Assembly (NCBI GenBank): GCA_951406725.2
Contig: OX597814.1
Span: 30,566,001-30,630,000 of the forward strand
DNA from: Octopus vulgaris
Lineage: Eukaryota
DNA length: 64,000 nt
Reading direction: 5' to 3'
Shown: positions 55,311 to 64,000 of the stretch, one piece after another
How positions within the stretch are numbered: the stretch's first letter is position 1
How the letters are laid out: every line of letters begins with the position of its first letter
Position numbers and translations under genes: made by a program
Notes under the pieces: generated by a model
What the model saw: the letters and a program-made list of their open reading frames with translations, nothing else
What the model was told of the DNA's origin: nothing
Database searches by the model: none

Positions 55311-55691
55311 TGGAAGCACTCCGTCGATCACGACGACGAGGGTTCCGGTTGATCCGATCAACGGAACAGCCTGCTCGTGAAATTAACGTGCAAGTGGTTG
55401 AGCACTCCACAGACACGTGTACCCTTAACGTAGTTCTCGGGGATATTCAGCGTGACACAGATAGTGACAAGGCCGGCCCTTTGAAATACAGGTACAACAG
55501 AAACAGGAAGTAAGAGTGAGAGAAAGTTGTGGTGAAAGAGTACAGCAGGGATCACCACCATCCCTGCCGGAGCCTCGTGGAGCTTTAGGTGTTTTCGCTC
55601 AATAAACACTCACAACGCCCGGTCTGGGAATCGAAACCGCGATCCTACGACCGCGAGTCCGCTGCCCTAACCACTGGGCCATTGCGCCTCC
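55311..55691 (-). mobile_element. SINE family D, full length
   Basis: tRNA-like head; imperfect TSD TATTTATTC(A/G)TA. Confidence 0.9.
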
Positions 55692-55962
55692 ACTATTTAT
55701 TCGTATAGACCATTGTGTATACAAAAAGAGAAGAAACACAGTCCTAGATACACAATATCTGGAATGATTTTGATCATTGATCTATTCGATAAAGGTTTAA
55801 GAAACAGTAAACTGAAACCGAAGTCTTCAAGGGACAATCCGTTCTTGAACTGACCTTTTGACCTTTCTTTTTAAACAGCATAATGACAGTTTCTACCATA
55901 AGTTTCTGAATACTGATTTTTGTTTTACAGCGGAGCAATTTATTGAGGAAGACAAATGAGAT

Positions 55963-56275
55963 TGCGAAGGCAGAGGTATTGTTTTCAGTCGTGTTTGTTT
56001 GTTTGTCAGTGGACAAGATACCTCAAGAACCGCTGAATGGATTCGGATGAAACTTCCAGGGATGTTTGGCCTTGTGACTGGCACGAGCTGATTAGATTTT
56101 GGGATCGATCCGGTACAGAACAAGGATTCTGGATTGTTTATTTAGTATTCTCGTTTGTGAGAGCAGTCGAGTTTATTTCGGATATATTATCATTTTAAAA
56201 ATCATCTCCAGTGAATTGTTGAGAGGACGTTGGTGTTGCCTTGGCAGAAGTTTGCGCTCACTGAGTGCTCTTGTT
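55963..56275 (+). mobile_element. HINE/DINE-1-like element, second copy
   Basis: Homologous to 3604-4001. Confidence 0.7.
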
Positions 56276-57251
56276 ATATTTCTTTATTTATTTTAAAATT
56301 CGAATTGACGAATAGGAAATGGGAAAAACCAAGTGTGTGCGTGTGTTTATTATTTGCATAATGACCTATCCGAAATATAACAGGTTTCAACACACAAATT
56401 AACGTCAAGAGTATTAAAAGTCAAATACAAAAAATGAAATATTAGTTATGTAAAATTAATAAAGTGATTACAACCAGAAAGAACTTTGTCTAGAATTTGG
56501 TTCGAGTAGATTTTAATTTTCATCTATGTAACTCTCGCATCAGAATTCGATATTAGATATCGAAACAACATAATTGATTTAAAATTATGTCTCTAACTGT
56601 ACTAAAGAGAGTGCTTGTAAGCAGTCGCTCCACCCACGAGAAATAGTAGTGCAGTCTTACTAAAAACACTCTAGGTTTTAAAAAATGTTGTTTCTGTGTC
56701 ACCATAAGGATGGCAACACATCATATTTTATGTATGCTCAATAAGTGCTGACGTAGGGTTAAGCAACAACAACAACAACGACGACGGCAACAGTATTGGG
56801 TTTATAACTTCTAAAGGGAACATACGTGTTCAACCATCGAAATGGTCATGATCTTGACTTAGTAGTATCTTCCGGTATGATTAGAAACCAGATTTTTCTC
56901 GGTCAGACTGATTATACATGATGTATTAATAAATGTGTAGTGTAAATATCATTTAGTTGTGTAAATTCGATGATTATTATTTGAGTATATGAATTAATTC
57001 ATATATTCAAAATAATAATAAAAATCAAATCGCCATCATTTAGTTGTTACAGCTGCATACATTCAGTGTCATATCCTAAACAATGTTTGTCAGTGGAAAA
57101 CTAAAAATACTTTCATATACAGAATGAAATTTAATTAGTTAAAGACTTTCTCAATAGCATTTTAAACAATCTTCGTAATTAATATAAATATAGTGAATTA
57201 TTTTTCTATTTCCGTTTCACAACAAACATGTTGAAGAATTGGATAACCACC

Positions 57252-57349
<98 letters not shown>

Positions 57350-57570
57350 ATATCTATCTATATATCTACCTGTCACTCACTCACTCTCTCTGTATCTCCC
57401 TCCACCCTATCTCACATATATTCAAAAGCATTAGGGTTAAGTTCACTTTGAAACTATATGGTAATGGATTCGAAACACCTGCCCTATACGTTGGGTAAGT
57501 GCTGCGTGTTGAACAAAGACTTATGAATGAAATTTGTAGGAACTGGACGATAGTCTGTCATTTATGTGTA

Positions 57571-57608
<38 letters not shown>

Positions 57609-57871
57609 TGTGTGCACATGCACAGACACAGACACACACACACATACATCAACAACAATAATAAAGATTATTACGAAGTGGCTTAGCATTACTTTTAATT
57701 CATTTTATATATACAGCTTTACATAGACCTACACATGTTTCAACTGCACAGATTAGTAACCGGTGCAATTGTAGGGACATAAGATTTCAAAGGGAAGAAT
57801 ATAGATGTTGTACGGATGGTAGTCGAACCAGAAAGAAAGGTCAGGCTTGGTCGAACACCGGTCGCATGGGG

Positions 57872-57937
<66 letters not shown>

Positions 57938-58189
57938 GAGGCAGAGGGATAGAAGAATTAAGGAGGGTCGAGAAAAAAAAATGAAAGGGACACAGTGAAG
58001 TGAAAGAGGAAGGAAAGCGAGCATGAAGAGAAGACCAGGAAATATGAGAGAGGGGGAACGAAAGAACGAAGAGTGGAATTAACGAAGTAAGCCTGAAAGG
58101 GCCGATAGAAAGAAGGAAAGAATAATAGAGTCGTACAAAATTAGATAAATATATACTTACATATAAGAGACGAAAGTGTACGTACGTCG

Positions 58190-58243
<54 letters not shown>

Positions 58244-58934
58244 TTATATATAGCCGGAAGGCAACACACACGTGCACACACACAGGCACACGCACACACT
58301 CACACACGCACACGCTCACACACGCACGCACGCAAACACACATTAATGTATGTGTGTGTGAATGTGTTTCTTCCCCACCACTTGACAACCGGTGTTGGTT
58401 TGTCTAAGTCCCTGTAACTGACCAGGTTTCAAAAATAATGTACTGGGGTCGATTTGCTCGACTAACTCCTTGAAGGCGGTGTCCCAGCACAAAGAGTGAA
58501 ACAAGTAAAAAGGTGTGTATATATATACATAAACCTCAGACAAACTCAATTAAGGGGATCAATGATAACTAAATATACATTTTCCGTGTCTTCCCAACTA
58601 ATTTTGGATTTTTCTTTTTCGTTACTTGCAGCCTTTTTGTATTCTTCCTTTTGCTTTTATTTGTTTTACTTCTTTAATCTTTATTGTTTTTATCCACTAT
58701 GGCCGAGTTCATTTTGTTCCAGTAACCTACACTTATGCGCGTCACCTTAATTTGATAACCACCTAACCTAAACCTTGTTATATATGCTTCGTTTTATTTA
58801 TATATTCTTTTGATTACTTGTCTTATATTCCCTTTTACTTCCCTTCTTTTCCTATCTTCCTATCATCGGCTGAAGCATGATTCATATAAAGGCAAAAGGA
58901 GAAAATTGTTTTGAGGAATTGTATTTCAGCATAA

Positions 58935-59008
58935 CATCTGAAGATGGGATTGATAATCGACTAATATGTACTAATTATTGATTATCGTCAACTGAAACGT
59001 TCGTAATG
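58935..59008 (+). ncRNA. Type I hammerhead motif
   Basis: CAT-CTGAAGA-T..GATAATCGA...TTGATTATC..T-GAAAC-GTTC-GTA-ATG. Confidence 0.7.
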
Positions 59009-59250
59009 AAGTATCAAGTATTTGTTTTCTAATTGTAATTTTTAAGTCTATGTAGTTCTGGTTACACGTAACCACCTTAATACAAACTAATGTGCAATTG
59101 AGTTTAACGAAGTAATAGTTCGAGCCCTAAACTTCTGTGGTAATTTGTCGTGCATTTAACACATTTACTACTACTCTCCCCTCTCTCTCTTACGTATTAA
59201 CTCACCTTCCGTCTGTTTTATAAAACCCAATAATATTTTACAGTATTTGA

Positions 59251-59333
<83 letters not shown>

Positions 59334-59339
59334 GTATAT

Positions 59340-59535
59340 CATTCGCCATGATAGATCGCTAGCCACTACACATTCTTTATTTTCTCTCCTTGTTTCTTTC
59401 TGTGTTCCTTTCTGTGGAAGAGCGTAGACTCGAAACGTTAAAGACTTTTTCACTTCCCGAGCGTTATACTAATACATCTGTTTGTTGTCTACATTACCTG
59501 TCTTCGTCTTTTGTTTCTTTTTGTGAATTCTCCCT
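59340..59535 (+). mobile_element. Short microsatellite-embedded repeat with a hammerhead-like variant core
   Basis: CTTT-CTGTGGAA-GAGCGTAGACTC-GAAACGTT-AAAG; relatives at 47450-47560 (minus) and 47905-48025. Confidence 0.55.
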
Positions 59536-60004
59536 ATATATATATATATATATTATTTTTTTCTCATCCGATCTTTATTGCATCTTTTTAACGACACCCT
59601 TCCTAGCAAAGTCCACAGACACATACACATAAGTATACGCATACATGCACTCACTCGCACATACAAATTAATCTGCTGTCCCAAACATATTGCCACACAT
59701 GCATGGAAAAAAAGTAAGGCAAAGTAATACCACAATGTTTCGTCGACTACACATGCACGCTCAAAACAAAACCGGTACTGGCCGTAAAACCTAACGAGAT
59801 ATATTAACCAAAACAAATCTTCTACACATCTCTATCTAGTCATCTCAGTAAAACCTGCAATTAACATTCGAGTGAAAACACCAAAATCAAGACATTCATC
59901 CACACACCTACACTGGGGATATATATGTAGCATCGCTGAAGCCTGGCTACTCGGTGTATTTCGACAGCGAACGTATACGTATTCGATACGTGTATAAGTT
60001 ATTG

Positions 60005-60068
60005 GCTCCTGATGAAGCGAGCTCATATATTATCACTAGACTCGCTGAAACGGACTGAGCTCTTCGTA
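60005..60068 (+). ncRNA. Hammerhead core, stem I/III degenerate
   Basis: GCTC-CTGATGA-AGCGAG...CTCGCT-GAAAC; perfect 6-bp stem II. Confidence 0.5.
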
Positions 60069-60859
60069 TGTGTGCATGTATATCTATTAATCTGTTTGTC
60101 TTTCAGTAAGTCTGTCTGCTTGTCTGTCCCTCTCCCTCTTCTCTCTCTCTCTCTACTCTCTCTCTCTCTTTTATTTTTACCTATCATCTTTTACTTATTT
60201 TAGTCATTAGACTGTCGCCATGCTGGGGCAATGTATGTGTGTGTGTGTATGTCTGGAATGGCTCTCTATATGTTAAAACTATATATCTCGTGGTATTTCG
60301 TTCCGCTTCGGTTACCTTCAATTACACCCGTTAGACTTTGCCTTTCTTCCTAGATACAATAATAAAGTCAGTAAAGACAAAGTATAGAGGTCGAATAATT
60401 GACTAAAACCCTCGAAGGCTGTGTAACATCATAGCTGCAGTCACAATAATAACAACAAAATAAGGCAATACACACACTCGTACACACACGCACATACGCG
60501 TTTATATACACGAGCACACAATGATTGTAAATATACAATGGAAATTATCCAGTTTTCAAATATCTTAGTTATTATTTGGTGATAATTTTTTTTCATTATT
60601 ATTCATTTAGGGGGACATCCTCAACATTTTTATAGTACGTTACAAGGTGTATAACTGAATATGAAGAGACAGGATATGCATAAATACCAAATGAAGCGAG
60701 AAGTTCAATGAGGCATAAAAATGGAAATAAAAGATAGTGCCCGCAACAACAAGAACAAGAACAGCACCAGCAGCAGTAATAACAATTTTCCGAAAGGGAC
60801 AGAAGCAGCAGAGAGAGAGGGAGAGAGAGAGAGAGAGAGAGAGAACTATGACAATAAGG

Positions 60860-60863
60860 GCAA

Positions 60864-60910
<47 letters not shown>

Positions 60911-61006
60911 ATAACAATACCAACAAGACCGTGAGGTTAACAACAAATACATCTGTGACAACAACAGCAACATGAACAATAACTGCAACATTGGCAGGAA
61001 TAATGC

Positions 61007-61044
<38 letters not shown>

Positions 61045-61136
61045 GCCGCCGCCAACCACCAGCACCGTGACTACTACTACTACTACTACTACTACTGCCG
61101 CCGCCAACCACCACCACCACCACCACCACCACCACC

Positions 61137-61190
<54 letters not shown>

Positions 61191-61221
61191 GCTGCTACTG
61201 CTGCTGCTGCTGCTGCTGCTG

Positions 61222-61263
<42 letters not shown>

Positions 61264-61740
61264 TAATTAGCAACAAACAATAAAATCAGTAAAAAGGCAA
61301 AAATTAAAACAAAGACAACAACGGCAATAGTTACAACAACAATACCAGCGTATATAACAACAACAACGCTAAGAAATACATAAGCAGATACCACAAGCAA
61401 AGCAACAATACCATCACCACCACCACCACCATCGATATTATCACCAACAAAAACAACACCACTATCACCACAACTATCAACAGCAGCAACAACAACAACA
61501 GTATGTACAACAAAAATAACAAATACAACAACAAATATATGAACGAATGAAACAATAATATACAACAACAACAACAACAAAAAAAAATTTCAAGAAAAAG
61601 GTAAAACACAACAAGAAAAATACGCCATATAAAATACCAACAAGCATAACAACAGCAGCAACGTAAACAACGAAAACAACGATTGAAAACAAAAGACAAC
61701 AACAACAACAACAACAACAACAGCGACGATGACAAAAGCT
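60860..61740. repeat. Compound trinucleotide region (CAT, CTA, CCA, CTG, CAA)
   Basis: Directly visible. Confidence 0.95.
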
Positions 61741-62278
61741 TAGGAAGAAACAAAAAGAGAAAAATAAAAAAGAAAAGAAAAGAAAAGAAAAATAAAATGT
61801 AATGTTTATTTTTTTTTTCGACTACAATTTCCTTGTATCCGTTCTTTTTCAATCTAGATTTTTCTTTTAAACAAGGAAACATTTCTAAACCACAGGTCGA
61901 CCTAAAGATATTGATTTATATTCTTTTTAATAGCTTTACTTAACCCGAAGCAATTCCAGCGTACGTAGTAGCATAACCATTATATTAGACGCTGTCACTC
62001 AACGATGTCAATAACCGGAAGCTATGCCGAAGACGCTTGAAATAAAATCTATTGCAGGAATTTATAGTTGAGAAAACAAGAAAAGCAAATAATCTCTCGT
62101 TAATTTTTCTACATCTGTAAGTGCGAGCGTACGTGAGTGTATACGGGGGCGTGTGTGTGTGTCTATATGCGTGCACGCGTGTCTTTGTATAGGTGTACAT
62201 ATTATATAGCTCTCTATCCATCTGTCTGCTCTCTCCCTGTCTGTCTGTCTATCTGTCTGTCTCTATACATACACACCC

Positions 62279-62349
<71 letters not shown>

Positions 62350-62350
62350 G

Positions 62351-62381
<31 letters not shown>

Positions 62382-62434
62382 TATATATATATATATATAT
62401 ATATAACAGATAATATATACTCATTTACACACAC

Positions 62435-62486
<52 letters not shown>

Positions 62487-62889
62487 CAGATAATATATAC
62501 TCATTTACACACACATGTATTTAGCTTATATTATATATTTATATGTTTCCCACTCTATTTGTGTGTGTGCGTGTGTGCATGCATATATACGTACACACAC
62601 ATATATGTACACGCACCAATTGTATAAGGAACAAGAAAAATGCTTTTAGAGGAGAAAATCATGTTTATTCGGCTTATATATTATGCTGCTACTTTAAGTT
62701 TCACAAATACTCGATCACCGAAGCGGCTATCTAATAAATATGAAAAACATGCCGAGAATCTAAGATGGCGTCAAACTTTCCTCTTCCATTCGTTAACAGA
62801 GGCCACGAAAGTTGTATTAAATTTCAGCAATTTCCAATTTAAAAAAGAAAAAAAAAGAAAAAAAAGAGGAGGTACCACTTCACATTATA

Positions 62890-63265
62890 ATAAAATTCGA
62901 TGTTTGTTTAAGATTTTTGTTCAGTTACATACGTTACCATAGAATGAAAAGATCCTACGACGTGGTGGTCTGCCTCCTATGACGGAAATCCTCATTGATA
63001 GAAATTTACGTTTTTTTGGGTCACGTACATAGGATGGATAACAACAGACTCCCCAGACATATCCTTTACTCACAATTATGGAAAGGGGAAAAGAAACCAC
63101 GGAAGACATGAATTGAGATTTAAAGACATTGTAAAAAGGAAAATGAAATGGAAAGGAATTGATTATAATAAATGGCAAACTCAAGTGAAAAACCGACCAG
63201 CATGGAGGAAGATTATAAAATCATGCTAAAGCCATGACCTACCATAATCGCGACGACTGACGGCA
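62890..63265 (+). pseudogene. RTE-type LINE 3' end
   Basis: NEKILRRGGL...GHVHRMDNNRLPRHILYSQL...RFKDIVK...W...NRPAWR, with frameshifts. Confidence 0.8.
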
Positions 63266-63504
63266 GATATACTTACGTTACCGAAGATCTGAATGCTTTT
63301 GTATCACATATAATATATGTATATAATAGGCCTTTTATAAAAGGAGTTGCTATGACTTGCTAGTAGGAGAGACCATTTTTGATTAAATCATAGCAAACAA
63401 TATTAAATGCAGATGCTAGAAGTATTTTTCTTGATTTGCGTAAATATGAATATGCATATATGTGTGAGCATGCGAGCTTATATATGTATATATATATATA
63501 TATA

Positions 63505-63944
63505 GGATAAAATATTTATAAGAATTTATCAAGTAGTTAGCGTGAAAAACCTCGAAAGGGAAAATTATAATTATTCCTTTTAAATATATTTATTTATATT
63601 AAGGGCATTAATACACATAAATGCCTCACGCTATGAGGGACTCTTAAAGTCAAAACTACCATAATAAATACAGTGCACCGGATGCGAGGGAATGCAACTC
63701 TAGAAGCGAGTTCCTTAAAAACAGATTCAGCCGCATATCATATGATTTCATAATTAGTGCACAAAATGCACTTTTTAATCGTCAGTGCAGGCATAAACAA
63801 GACACATAAAAATGAACAAAAAGGAAACATACCAGACGAACACCAAATGTATCCAACATAGCACTTTAAAGTTGTTCATTCGTACAATTTATATAATCTA
63901 TTTAATGTGCTTTGTTGGATACATTTGGTGTTCGTCTGGTATGT
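63505..63944 (-). mobile_element. (TA)n-adjacent Penelope-like remnant with hammerhead and 32-bp fold-back
   Basis: Hammerhead at 63731-63790; inverted arms 63827-63858 and 63913-63944. Confidence 0.65.
63731..63790 (-). ncRNA. Type I hammerhead motif
   Basis: Minus: CTGCA-CTGACGA-T-TAA..AGTGCA....TGCACT..TTA-T-GAAA-TCATATG-ATA-TGCGG; all three stems pair, stem III palindromic. Confidence 0.8.
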
Positions 63945-64000
63945 CGAGCAGATCGACCCCAGGACTTATTCTTTGTAAGCCTAGTACTTATTCTATCGGT
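63945..64000 (-). mobile_element. SINE family A tail fragment running off the window end
   Basis: ATCGACCCCAGGACTTATTCTTTGTAAGCCTAGTAC. Confidence 0.8.

Overview
AT-rich eukaryotic, almost entirely non-coding window packed with microsatellites and transposable elements. The repeat repertoire (tRNA-derived modular SINEs with internal microsatellites, RTE and R4/Dong-like LINE relics, mariner, Helitron/Helentron derivatives) matches my recollection of octopus/coleoid cephalopod genomes; that assignment is an inference. I found no intact protein-coding gene, rRNA, true tRNA or CRISPR array. Almost all ORFs in the track are microsatellite or SINE translations. Recognisable coding relics are a full-length degenerate mariner (40125-41390), a second mariner made of two 3' ends, RTE-type APE/RT fragments and R4/Dong-like RT and restriction-like endonuclease (RLE) fragments. 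Two hidden patterns stand out. (1) A dispersed set of type I hammerhead-ribozyme motifs in mutually unrelated, mostly (TA)n-embedded, Penelope-like inserts, including a very young 545-bp tandem array with an ~807-bp fold-back that carries five identical hammerheads. (2) A SINE that forms head-less 184-bp multimers joined at one fixed junction, one trimer of which is flanked by a 15-bp target-site duplication (TSD). All coordinates were read by eye; family names come from memory and need database confirmation.
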